Shown here piece by piece: positions 9,813-18,878 of a stretch of DNA of 64,000 nucleotides. The notes below the pieces were generated by a model, which had not been told where the DNA came from, did not search any database, and saw nothing but the letters and a program-made list of their open reading frames with translations. Both the position numbers and the translations under genes were made by a program. The DNA lies in contig CALVQQ010000002.1 in the NCBI GenBank assembly GCA_944358255.1, positions 3,739 to 67,738 of the forward strand. Direction: 5' to 3'. Source of the DNA: an uncultured Bacilli bacterium (lineage in GTDB: Bacteria; Bacillota_I; Bacilli_A; RF39; UBA660). How positions within the stretch are numbered: position 1 is the first letter of the stretch; every line of letters begins with the position of its first letter.

Positions 9813-10973
9813 ATCAATTTCATCTTTATAAAGATTATCAACTTCTTCTTTACATTTTAATGCTTTTTCTTTGAATTTATTTCTATGCCATTCTAAATAT
9901 TTTAATCTGTCGGGATTAAGTAATTTTTTATCTAGTTTAAAAGTACTAATCCACTGTAATATATCAATATCATGGATTTCATAGTCATTAACCAGTACCA
10001 TACCATCATTATCAAATGAAATATCATATTTATCAAAATATGCATCTACTTGAGTAGATAGTAAAAGCCCGTTATTATAGTCGTATGCTTCATCAATGTT
10101 TCCCTCAGACAAACATATACTGGAGTCTTTTATATGTGAATGTACCAATCCTTTCAACTCTTTTTTTTGAATATAACAAACTTTTTTTCCAAAAAATTTT
10201 ATAGACTCTTTATCTAAGCCATCTTTGTAAATACTATAAAGAATAGGATCTCTTTTTGTATCAACTACTATATTGCTTGGATCAATGAACCAAACTCCCG
10301 TATCTTTATTTGCAGAAATATTTGGCATAAGGTTTAAAAAGTAAATTAGATAATTAATTTGATTATATTTCTTTTTGTCAAATTTAATTGTAGAAGCATA
10401 TTTATATTGTTCTTCTAATTCATTTTTTGTCAAATATCCCTTACTGATTTGTTCAATAGGAGTAACCATTAATGCAATTACATCAATTTTTGATAATTTC
10501 TTTTCTGGGTGATATACTAACGTTTTTAAAAGAAAATCAATTTCTTTTCGATTAGTATTATCTTTTGAATAAGAAGAACAAAAACTAGATGAAGTGTAAA
10601 AGATTTCTGAAAATATATTTCTTTTTTGATTCTGGTCGTCAGCAGATAAAAATTTCCTTGCAAGTTTATGATAACCATTATAAAAAGGCTTAACAAATCC
10701 TAACTTTATAAATTGATTTATTGATTTTCTTGTAGAAGCTTGATCTCGTTTTTGATAAATTCTATTTATTTTTTCTTGAAGTTCTTTATTTAATTTTTCA
10801 TGTTTACAATTTTCACTTAAAATTTCTCTGTTTTCATCAATAAAATCTAAAATTATTCTAAGTGTATTATTAAATCTTAAGTCAAAGATATCAATATATT
10901 CAAGAGTAAACGACCAATATTTATCATATTGCTGATTTTCAATTTTCTTTTTGGTACGAAATAATTTGCTCAT
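9798..10973 (-). CDS. HNH-family restriction endonuclease (HNH_2-like C-terminal domain)
   Basis: C-terminal LVHSHIKDSS...NGLLLSTQVDAYFDKYDISFD matches the AHI...NGLLL...H/D..FD pattern of HNH restriction enzymes. It is convergent with the two methyltransferases. Confidence 0.6.
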   Translation of the reverse strand: MSKLFRTKKKIENQQYDKYWSFTLEYIDIFDLRFNNTLRIILDFIDENREILSENCKHEKLNKELQEKINRIYQKRDQASTRKSINQFIKLGFVKPFYNGYHKLARKFLSADDQNQKRNIFSEIFYTSSSFCSSYSKDNTNRKEIDFLLKTLVYHPEKKLSKIDVIALMVTPIEQISKGYLTKNELEEQYKYASTIKFDKKKYNQINYLIYFLNLMPNISANKDTGVWFIDPSNIVVDTKRDPILYSIYKDGLDKESIKFFGKKVCYIQKKELKGLVHSHIKDSSICLSEGNIDEAYDYNNGLLLSTQVDAYFDKYDISFDNDGMVLVNDYEIHDIDILQWISTFKLDKKLLNPDRLKYLEWHRNKFKEKALKCKEEVDNLYKDEIDKENK

Positions 10974-11238
10974 GTTATTTCACCTCTATTAAATTATAAC
11001 ATGAAATTAACAAAATTAATAATTTCTAATAGCAAAACTAAAAAATTAGGCTAGTTTGAGCACAAAAAAGCATTTTTTTGCATCACTTAGTCATTGACTT
11101 CTATTGGTCAAGTGGTAAAATATAGTAAAATGAAATAATTAGCTGGTGAGAACTATGTCTATATTATTTCATTTTTTTGTTATCTTTATCTCGGTTTAAT
11201 AACTGGGATTTTTTTGTGCACAAATTTTGATAACAAAT

Positions 11239-11437
11239 CCTACTATCCTACTATTTTTTTGTATTTTTCAAAAGTAGGATGGTATATAAGATATTAATTA
11301 TCTTATAAAATAAGAATAAAACTACCGATGATCCTTAATATCAACCTATATAGTAGGATTAATTTCGTAAGTACGAAATAAGAATGGCACCATTAAATTT
11401 CCTTAGTTTATAAGGAATTTTTTAGTTTATGGTGCCA
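11239..11437. promoter_or_regulatory. Palindrome-rich intergenic region with a repeated 8-mer, lying between the restriction endonuclease gene and the HTH/recombinase genes
   Basis: CCTACTAT tandem pair at 11239-11254. The inverse AGTAGGAT occurs at 11273-11280 and 11352-11359. Palindrome ATAAGATA-TTAAT-TATCTTAT at 11286-11306. TTCGTA-AG-TACGAA at 11364-11377. 10-bp inverted repeat ATGGCACCAT/ATGGTGCCAT at 11384-11393 and 11428-11437. Confidence 0.3.
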
Positions 11438-11512
11438 TCTTCTTATGCTCCTAATTTATAATTTGATATTTTTAAAGGGAAATTCATCCTAATTAGAAAG
11501 GAGGTATTATAA

Positions 11513-11776
11513 ATGGATTATGAACAATATATAAAAGTACCATTAGCAGTAATAACAGATAAAAATCTTAAATCTAGTTCTAAAGTTTTATTTAGCTTAT
11601 TGATAATACTAGTACAACAAGAAGGATATTGTTTTGCTGGAAATGATTATTTAGCTGAAAAGTTAAATACAAGTAATAGAACTATTTCAAGATTATTAAA
11701 AGAATTATCTGACATAGGTTATATTAAAATGGAATTTAAACATAAATTTCAAAGAAAAATATATATTATTAAATAG
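11513..11776 (+). CDS. Small HTH-domain protein of 87 aa (regulator, or candidate recombination directionality factor)
   Basis: HTH-like segment GNDYLAEKLNTSNRTISRLLKELSDIGYI. RBS AAAGGAGG. It lies upstream of the recombinase. Confidence 0.55.
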   Translation: MDYEQYIKVPLAVITDKNLKSSSKVLFSLLIILVQQEGYCFAGNDYLAEKLNTSNRTISRLLKELSDIGYIKMEFKHKFQRKIYIIK

Positions 11777-12204
11777 CCAAAAATATCATAACTTTAGACA
11801 ATGTTATTTAAGTCAATGTACATGTTTTTCTTTTTCAATGGTACTCTGTGTCTACAATAATATAATAAATATAATATAAAAAATTTAATTATATAAATTT
11901 AAAATATTTAAATAAGTTTTAAATATTAACATACTTAATCAAAATTAATTAAGGAAAGGAGTGGATATAAGTATGAAAAAAATATCAATAATGAATAATT
12001 TAAACATAAATTTAAATAGGTGGTTTAAATATGGAAGGAGCCTATTTGAATAATATTTCATTTAAAGATCTTATTTTAAAATATCTTATCGAAGAGATAA
12101 TAAAAGAAACAAAAGGAGAATTATCTAATTAATGATTTGCATATTTAATTTTATGATGCTATCATGGATGAGTCTTAATACCCGATTAAAAGAAGGAGGT
12201 AAAA

Positions 12205-13872
12205 GTGTATAATAAATCGGGAATAGATTTCAATGTAGGAATCTATATAAGATTATCTCAAGAAGATAAAGATAAAGATAAAAAATATGAATCTGATAGT
12301 GAAAGTGTAATTAATCAAAGAGAATTATTAACTAATTATGTTAAAAATAATAATTTTAACTTAATAGGAGAATATGTTGATGATGGATATTCTGGCACTG
12401 ATTTTGAAAGACCTGGTTTTCAAAAATTAATTGAAGATATAGAAGAAAAAAAGATTAATTGTGTAATAGTAAAAGATTTATCAAGATTAGGTAGAGATCA
12501 TATTAAGACAGGGTATTATATGGAAACATATTTTCCTGAAAAGAACGTAAGGTTTATATCTATATTGGAATCATACGATAGTTTTAAAAATCAAGCTAGT
12601 AATGATTCTTCAACATTTATAATTGCATGTAATGATTACTATAGTAAACAAAATTCTATTAAAATTAGAAATGTATTAAATGAAAAAAGAAAAAGTGGCA
12701 AATTTGTAGGAAGTTTACCATGCTTTGGATATATGAGAGATCCTGAAGATAAGGGACATTTAATACCAAACCCAGAAACTGCTCCTATAGTTAAACAAAT
12801 ATTTGAATGGAGAAAAAATGGTATTGGTCCATCTAGAATAGTTACTATGCTAAACGAAAAAGGATATCCAACACCTAGTGGATATAAAAAAACAAATTAT
12901 TCTACTAGGCTAATAGTAAGAGATACATGGAACATTTCTTCTGTAAAAAAGATATTAAGCAATAGAATATATACTGGAGATATGGTTCAACATACTCAAA
13001 CTAAAGTTAATTATAAATCTAAGAAAAAAATCACACTAGACCAAAGTATGTGGATGATAGTAGAAAATACACATGAAGCATTAGTTGATAAAGAAACATT
13101 TAAATATATTTCGAATTTAATAAAACAAAATAAAAAAGATGTTAGGCCTAAAAACAGAAGAATAATTAGGGATTTAGAAGGACTTCTATTTTGTAAAGAG
13201 TGTGGTAACAGATTAAGTGTTTTATATAGAAAAAATTTAGATTACTGGAGTGTTAATTGCAATAGATACTCTAGAGACCCATTAAGAAAAAGATGTGAGC
13301 CACACTTTTTTCCTTATAATTATTTAGAAGATCAAATAGTAGAAAAAATAAAATCAAACATAAAAATAAAAATTGAAAATTTAAATATAGAAGAATTAAA
13401 TAAGAGAGTTGCTAGTGAAGTACGAAAGCAAACTAAAGATATAAATAAAAATATAAGTTCTTTAATGAGTGAAAAAGAACAGATAACAAGTAGATTAACT
13501 TCATTATATGAAGATAAATATAATGGTATTATTAATGCAGATACTTATATGGAATTAGCAAAACCCTTTGAAGAAAAGTTACACCAAATTAATGAAAGCA
13601 TTAACAATGATAAAATAAGGGAATATGAAATAAAAAATAAATTAAAAGAATTACCTGATTATACCAAAAAAATAAAAAAGCTATTAGATTTAAATAAGCC
13701 TAGAAAAGAATTAATACATACATTAGTAGATAAAATAGTGATAGATAAAAATAGAATTATAACGATTAAATATAAATATGGTGTGATACCAGACTGTACG
13801 TTTGAATATCAAAATTTAAACTTAGCTCGTAACCCTTATGGTAGAAAAGGAAAGAATCAATATAATAAATGA
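12205..13872 (+). CDS. Large serine recombinase (resolvase/invertase catalytic domain plus recombinase and zinc-ribbon/coiled-coil C-terminal region)
   Basis: N-terminal VGIYIRLSQED catalytic serine motif and DLSRLGRD. 555 aa. C-terminal Cys cluster CKECGN...CNRYS. GTG start with GGAGG RBS. Confidence 0.9.
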   Translation: MYNKSGIDFNVGIYIRLSQEDKDKDKKYESDSESVINQRELLTNYVKNNNFNLIGEYVDDGYSGTDFERPGFQKLIEDIEEKKINCVIVKDLSRLGRDHIKTGYYMETYFPEKNVRFISILESYDSFKNQASNDSSTFIIACNDYYSKQNSIKIRNVLNEKRKSGKFVGSLPCFGYMRDPEDKGHLIPNPETAPIVKQIFEWRKNGIGPSRIVTMLNEKGYPTPSGYKKTNYSTRLIVRDTWNISSVKKILSNRIYTGDMVQHTQTKVNYKSKKKITLDQSMWMIVENTHEALVDKETFKYISNLIKQNKKDVRPKNRRIIRDLEGLLFCKECGNRLSVLYRKNLDYWSVNCNRYSRDPLRKRCEPHFFPYNYLEDQIVEKIKSNIKIKIENLNIEELNKRVASEVRKQTKDINKNISSLMSEKEQITSRLTSLYEDKYNGIINADTYMELAKPFEEKLHQINESINNDKIREYEIKNKLKELPDYTKKIKKLLDLNKPRKELIHTLVDKIVIDKNRIITIKYKYGVIPDCTFEYQNLNLARNPYGRKGKNQYNK

Positions 13873-13970
13873 TTTATCACTATTAATTTAGTGATTTTTT
13901 TATATAGCTAATTTGGTATTTTCGACTTTTGGGTTTATAATGAATTTAATCAAAGGAAAGGAGGAGTACT

Positions 13971-14222
13971 ATGAATCGAGAATATAATGAGAATATGAAT
14001 AAAATTTTTATTGATGGATTAAAAATATACTTAGAATCACATCTAAATGAAAAAAATAAAAAGGTATATAAAGCAGTGGAATCTTCAGTTAATTTTTTAG
14101 AGTCAACAACAAAATTAACTCCAGAAGAATCGAGAGAATATCAAGATATTATAATAAAAATAGTAGGTATTGATGTTATTCAAAGGGTATTTAATAATGT
14201 AACAACTGGTAGTATACGATGA
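13971..14222 (+). CDS. Hypothetical 83-aa protein at the right edge of the island (candidate recombination directionality factor)
   Basis: ORF with RBS AGGAGG that ends about 15 bp before the predicted attR junction. No recognisable domain. Confidence 0.4.
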   Translation: MNREYNENMNKIFIDGLKIYLESHLNEKNKKVYKAVESSVNFLESTTKLTPEESREYQDIIIKIVGIDVIQRVFNNVTTGSIR

Positions 14223-14231
14223 ACGAGCTAA

Positions 14232-15377
14232 TCTTGTGGTGGAGATGGTGCTGAAGTAATATATGCTCTTAGAAATACTAGTACTTTATCTTCTAAAATA
14301 CTTAATGAGTTAGAAAAAGAAGGTCAAAATATTAGAAAAAATTATCAACAAAGATTGCCAAGTAATCCTTCAAAAGATTATTATTTTATTCATAGAGAAA
14401 CGCCTAATACTGAAGCAATAATTGTTGAATATGGTTTTTTAGATAGTTCTAAAGATGATGTTAATCAATTAAAAAATAATTATAAAGATTATGCGGAAGC
14501 CGTTGTAAGAGCCGTTATGGATTATAAAAATTTAAATTATATAGCGCCTGTAGATAGTGGATATTATACGGTACAGAAAGGTGATAGTTTGTGGAGTATA
14601 GCAAATAAATATGGTATTACAGTAGATGAATTAAAAAAACTTAATAATTTAAGTAGTAATATTATAAATGTAGGGCAGACTTTAAAAGTCCAAAAAGAAA
14701 ATGAAATTGCGCCAAGCGATTATCTAATTTATACGGTACAGAAAGGCGATAGCTTGTGGAGCATAGCAAATAAGTATGATACAACGGTTGAAACTATAAA
14801 GAAACTCAATAATTTAAGCGGAACAACTTTACAAATAAATCAACAATTATTAATTCCTAAAGAAGAGGATTTAGATATAAACGTTGGCGAAGATAGTCAA
14901 ATTATCTATAAGGTTAAAAGTGGCGACAGTTTATGGAAAATTGCCAATAGTTATGGTATAACAGTAGATGAACTAAAAAAAGCAAATAATTTATCATCTG
15001 ATTTATTAAGCATTAATCAAGAACTTATTATTCCTGTTAAAACAACGACTGTTGAGCCTGATGAAGGAGAAGAAATTGATGAGATTAAATACGTTGTAGT
15101 TAAGGGTGATAATTTGTACAGTATAGCTAATAAATATAATGTTACAGTCGATGAAATAAAAGAAGCAAATAAGTTATCTTCAAATATTTTAAGTATTGGT
15201 CAAATTTTAGTAATTCCTGGCACAAAAGATTATGCTAATTATACTGTACAAAAAGGTGATAGTTTATGGAAAATTGCTAATAAATATGGTGTTACTGTTA
15301 ATGATATAATGAAAGCAAACAATTTAAATAGCAGTAATTTATCTATTGGACAAGAATTAATAATTCCAACAAAATAA
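14232..15377 (+). pseudogene. 3' fragment of the cwlC-like amidase: the rest of the Amidase_3 domain plus five LysM repeats
   Basis: The frame opens at 14232 (SCGGDGAEVIYALRN...), continuing the Amidase_3 alignment (GGGTGFESYIY in CwlC). Five LysM units follow (Y.V..GDSLW.IA.KY..TV...). The M at 14355 in the ORF track is internal. Confidence 0.7.
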
Positions 15378-15400
15378 AAAATGTGATTAATTCACATTTT
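15378..15400. terminator. Bidirectional terminator hairpin between the amidase 3' fragment and the convergent sleB-like gene
   Basis: 9-bp stem AAAATGTGA/TCACATTTT flanked by A and T runs. Confidence 0.5.
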
Positions 15401-15823
15401 TTAGTGTAATTCTTTACAAACTCCTGGATCAGGTTGGTAAAAACAATGGCTTTTATATCTTCCAGAAAGTGTTTGACCATACCATGTGGTTTTGCAAGAT
15501 GATGTGCCAGAGGGAGCGTAAAACCATAGAGCATTTGTTGCCGGATGGTAATACTCACCTTTTAATACTCTTTCTGCAAGTGATTTCTCTTTTGTGGTTG
15601 CAGAACTGTAAAACAATGAATTATTTATACCACTAAATTGATTGTTTTGATATATTACATCAGTAATTGTCCTTAAATTTGAAAAGGTTAAGCAATCTGC
15701 GATGGCCCTGTTAACTATAACATTTCCTACCATCAGCATGCCTAAGTCGCCTTCACTTAACGCTTCTGCTCTCATTAATCTTGCACACAAATCAAGTTCT
15801 TTATTAGTGTAATTAATTAGCAT
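15401..15823 (-). CDS. SleB-type cell wall hydrolase (Hydrolase_2 catalytic domain; spore cortex-lytic family)
   Basis: LCARLMRAEA...GMLMVGNVIVNR...YQNNQFSG...WYG pattern of the SleB C-terminal domain. Confidence 0.75.
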   Translation of the reverse strand: MLINYTNKELDLCARLMRAEALSEGDLGMLMVGNVIVNRAIADCLTFSNLRTITDVIYQNNQFSGINNSLFYSSATTKEKSLAERVLKGEYYHPATNALWFYAPSGTSSCKTTWYGQTLSGRYKSHCFYQPDPGVCKELH

Positions 15824-15922
15824 TTATATCACCTATTTAATAATATGTAAATAAAATGATTTTGACATAAAAATACATCATTGAAAAAGGTATTTTTATA
15901 TGATATAATCTTTCCATCTGTT

Positions 15923-15996
15923 AGGGGTATAATATAATGGTAGTATTAGCGTCTCCAAAACGCTCCGTTCGGGTTCGAATCCTGATACCCCTGCCA
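15923..15996 (+). tRNA. tRNA-Trp (anticodon CCA)
   Basis: Cloverleaf with acceptor AGGGGTA/TACCCCT, anticodon stem AGCGT/ACGCT with loop CTCCAAA, T-loop TTCGAAT, and 3' GCCA. Confidence 0.85.
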
Positions 15997-16100
15997 AAGT
16001 TAATAAGTCCAAATTTATTTGGAGTAAATATATTTAATCATAGAAAAGAGCATAATTTCTATGATTTTTAAATATTTTTGAAAATTGAGGTGATGTAGAT

Positions 16101-17051
16101 TTGCCGGCGGTATATACTCATTATATTTTTACTAAAGAAGTGTATAGTAAATTAAAATTAAGTACAAAAAATCAAATTAAGAATGAACTAGATTTATTTG
16201 AAATATTTGGAAAAAGTTTTGATATATTATTTTTTTCTGATTCAAAATTAGGCCATTTAGCGCATAATTTTAATACTAATCTGTATTTTAAAAATATTTT
16301 ATTGTATATTAGAAAAAATAATTTGCAAAATGATGAAAAAGTATTAAGCTATCTATATGGATCTATTTGTCATTATATTTTGGATTCTATATGTCATCCT
16401 TACGTATTTTATAGGACTGGAAAATTTAATTTTAGAGATAAAAATTCTTATAAGTATAAAGGTTTGCATAATTATTATGAATATATGATAGATTCAATAT
16501 TATATTTTAATCATAATAAAAGAAAAATGTTTCAAGATAAAGTTTATAAATTACTTTTTCCTAAATTTTGTCCAAATAAATCTTTAAAATTATTAATTAA
16601 TTATGTGATTTTAAATACATTTAATTCGCGTTTTGGATATTTAAAATTTAGAATTGGATATTTGAATTTTAGGTTAGCTTTTAAATATATCATGTTTTCT
16701 AAAGTTGAATATAAAAAGAAAATTTATAGTATTTTAGATAAATTAAATTTATTTAAAAATTTTAATTTATCGAATTTGTGTTATTATATTCCCGAATTAG
16801 ATTATGATGTTATGAATTATGGTAAAAAAAATTGGTGTAATCCAGTTAATGATACGTTAATTAGTAATTATTCATTTGACGAGTTATTTTCTCGCGCAAT
16901 AAAAAAAGCAGTTCAAGTTATTGAAACTGTTAATAGCGTATTACAAAATAATCAACCATTAAATGTGGCATTAAAAGTGATTGGAAACTTTAGTTATTGT
17001 TCTGGAAGTAACTTAAACTTAAATTTAAAAATGCAATATTTTGATTTTTAA
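16101..17051 (+). CDS. Zinc-dependent phospholipase C-family fold protein (hypothetical)
   Basis: N-terminal YTHYI and HYILDSICHPY resemble the zinc-ligand segments of the PLC family (THAMI, HYFGDIDTPYHP). TTG start after RBS GAGGTG. Confidence 0.4.
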   Translation: MPAVYTHYIFTKEVYSKLKLSTKNQIKNELDLFEIFGKSFDILFFSDSKLGHLAHNFNTNLYFKNILLYIRKNNLQNDEKVLSYLYGSICHYILDSICHPYVFYRTGKFNFRDKNSYKYKGLHNYYEYMIDSILYFNHNKRKMFQDKVYKLLFPKFCPNKSLKLLINYVILNTFNSRFGYLKFRIGYLNFRLAFKYIMFSKVEYKKKIYSILDKLNLFKNFNLSNLCYYIPELDYDVMNYGKKNWCNPVNDTLISNYSFDELFSRAIKKAVQVIETVNSVLQNNQPLNVALKVIGNFSYCSGSNLNLNLKMQYFDF

Positions 17052-17692
17052 TCTTTTGTTTTCCTTAAATTTTGTAAAGATGGAAAGGCATTGATAAGTC
17101 TTTTATATAAAGTTTTGTTAACAACATATTTTTGAATATATTCCTTTATTTCGTCGGTTGAGTCTTTGCTTACTTTTTTAGCAATATTTTTAAAATTAAA
17201 TGCGATGTTGAATGATATGGTTAAATCTATAATTAATATACAACTTATTATAAATGCTGTAATATGTAAAACTGTTATATTTGTATTGTTTATTAAATTC
17301 ATGAAAATAGGATTTAACAATTTGATTATTATTACTCCTCCAAGCCCAAAAGGTATTAAAGTTTCTAGGCAAATGCGCCCATTTATGTTATATTTGTTTT
17401 TGCTGTAATCCCACCATCTCATTTTAAAAATCTTTTCTAAAATGTAACTGGTAAAATATTCTAGTATGCCGCAGATTAACATTGATGTGGCGAATAATAT
17501 TAGTAAGTCATCTTGGTATTTTGTTAATGTCAAGGTAAGTAATAACGCGCCAAATCCATATATAGGGCAATAAGGGCCAAGTAAGAAACCTCGATCTTTA
17601 AATTTTTTATTTGCCATATAGCAGTTAATTACTTCACAGATATATCCAATTACTGAATAAATAAAAAAAAGAATTATTAATTTTGATAACAT
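17048..17692 (-). CDS. Polytopic membrane protein, CmpB-like (putative type IV ABC-transporter family)
   Basis: GYICEV...RGFLLGPYCPIYGFGALL signature and multiple transmembrane segments. Confidence 0.45.
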   Translation of the reverse strand: MLSKLIILFFIYSVIGYICEVINCYMANKKFKDRGFLLGPYCPIYGFGALLLTLTLTKYQDDLLILFATSMLICGILEYFTSYILEKIFKMRWWDYSKNKYNINGRICLETLIPFGLGGVIIIKLLNPIFMNLINNTNITVLHITAFIISCILIIDLTISFNIAFNFKNIAKKVSKDSTDEIKEYIQKYVVNKTLYKRLINAFPSLQNLRKTKD

Positions 17693-17779
17693 ATTATCAC
17701 CTTATATTTTAATATATTTTATATGGTATCAAATTATTAATTAATAGTCAAAGCGTTAATTAGACTTTAACTATTAAAT

Positions 17780-18529
17780 ATGATAAAATGTTTATTGGGT
17801 GTTAATATGAAGAAGTTGTTGGTTATAATACCTGCTTTTAATGAAGAAAATAATATTGTTAACACAATTAAATCTATTAAAAGTATTGAAAGTGATTATT
17901 GTCTAATAGATTACATTGTTGTAGATGATTGCTCAGTAGATAATACTTTAGAAGTATGTATTAAGAATGATTTTAATTATATAAGTTTACCTTTAAATTT
18001 AGGTATTGGTGGTGCGGTACAAACTGGATATAAGTATGCATTTGATAATGGTTATGATTATGCCATTCAGTTTGATGGTGATGGACAACATGATGCAACA
18101 TATATTGAGGCATTAATAACTGAATTAGAAAAAGGTGTGGATTTAGTTATTGGGTCGCGATTTATTAATGATGTTAGTGAATTCAAATCTACTAAAATTA
18201 GAAGAATAGGTATATCAATTTTGTCTTTTTTAATAAAAATATTTACTGGTAAAAAAATTACTGATCCTACAAGTGGATTTAGAGCTTGTAATAAAAAAAT
18301 AATAGAATTATTTTCTGACAATTATCCTATTGATTATCCTGAACCTGATTCTATAGTTTATGTTTTGAAAAAGGGTTATAGTGTTTTTGAAATACCAGTA
18401 AAAATGAAAGAAAGAGTTAATGGTTTAAGTTCTATAAATGCATTCAAATCAGTTTATTATATGATTAAAGTGTCGCTCGCTATTATGATTACAGCGTTAA
18501 GTACAAAAGGAGAAAAAAATGAAAACTAG
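17780..18529 (+). CDS. Family 2 glycosyltransferase, GtrB-like polyprenyl-phosphate sugar transferase
   Basis: LLVIIPAFNEENNI...VVDDCSVDNT...DGDGQHD motifs. The likely true start is ATG 17807 (MKKLLVII). Confidence 0.8.
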   Translation: MIKCLLGVNMKKLLVIIPAFNEENNIVNTIKSIKSIESDYCLIDYIVVDDCSVDNTLEVCIKNDFNYISLPLNLGIGGAVQTGYKYAFDNGYDYAIQFDGDGQHDATYIEALITELEKGVDLVIGSRFINDVSEFKSTKIRRIGISILSFLIKIFTGKKITDPTSGFRACNKKIIELFSDNYPIDYPEPDSIVYVLKKGYSVFEIPVKMKERVNGLSSINAFKSVYYMIKVSLAIMITALSTKGEKNEN

Positions 18530-18878
18530 TTTAATAATTTTTTTATCTATATTGTGTTTTATTCTTATAGTATCTATCTTTATAGTTATTTTAAAAAAGA
18601 AGATGTCTTTAAAATATTCGTTGTTGTGGTTAATTTTTGCGCTTATGTTTTTATTAAGTTTAATTTTTCATGGTTTGATAGAAAGATTTGCTAAATTTTT
18701 AGGTTTTGAAGTTGCTAGCAATATGGTTTTTCTAATTGGATTTTTGCTTTTAATGTCTATTACTTTTGCTTTGACTTCAATTATTTCAATACAAAAAGAG
18801 AAGATTGTTATATTAACTCAAGAGTTGGCAATTTTGAAAAAGAAAGTTAAGGAATTAGATGAAAGAGATTATTTGTAA
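18519..18878 (+). CDS. Small membrane protein (DUF2304-like) of the glycosylation cluster
   Basis: Three transmembrane segments and a coiled C-terminus. Overlaps both neighbouring genes. Confidence 0.45.
   Translation: MKTSLIIFLSILCFILIVSIFIVILKKKMSLKYSLLWLIFALMFLLSLIFHGLIERFAKFLGFEVASNMVFLIGFLLLMSITFALTSIISIQKEKIVILTQELAILKKKVKELDERDYL

Larger units (their letters stand above)
5118..14240. mobile_element. About 9.1 kb integrated element carrying a large serine recombinase and an R-M module, inserted within the GGG codons of the cwlC-like amidase gene
   Basis: The amidase fragments on either side are collinear with an intact Amidase_3 domain (HINAGG | GGDGAEVIY). The recombinase gene sits 370 bp from the right junction. 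There are no structural or conjugation genes. Junction coordinates are approximate to a few bp. Confidence 0.65.

Noticed and set aside
11974-12132. Two overlapping mini-ORFs (26 aa and 33 aa) between the HTH gene and the recombinase
   Set aside because: Too short, mutually overlapping in different frames, and with weak or absent RBS. They are more likely untranslated leader of the recombinase transcript. They are mentioned only as a possible location for a tiny directionality factor.
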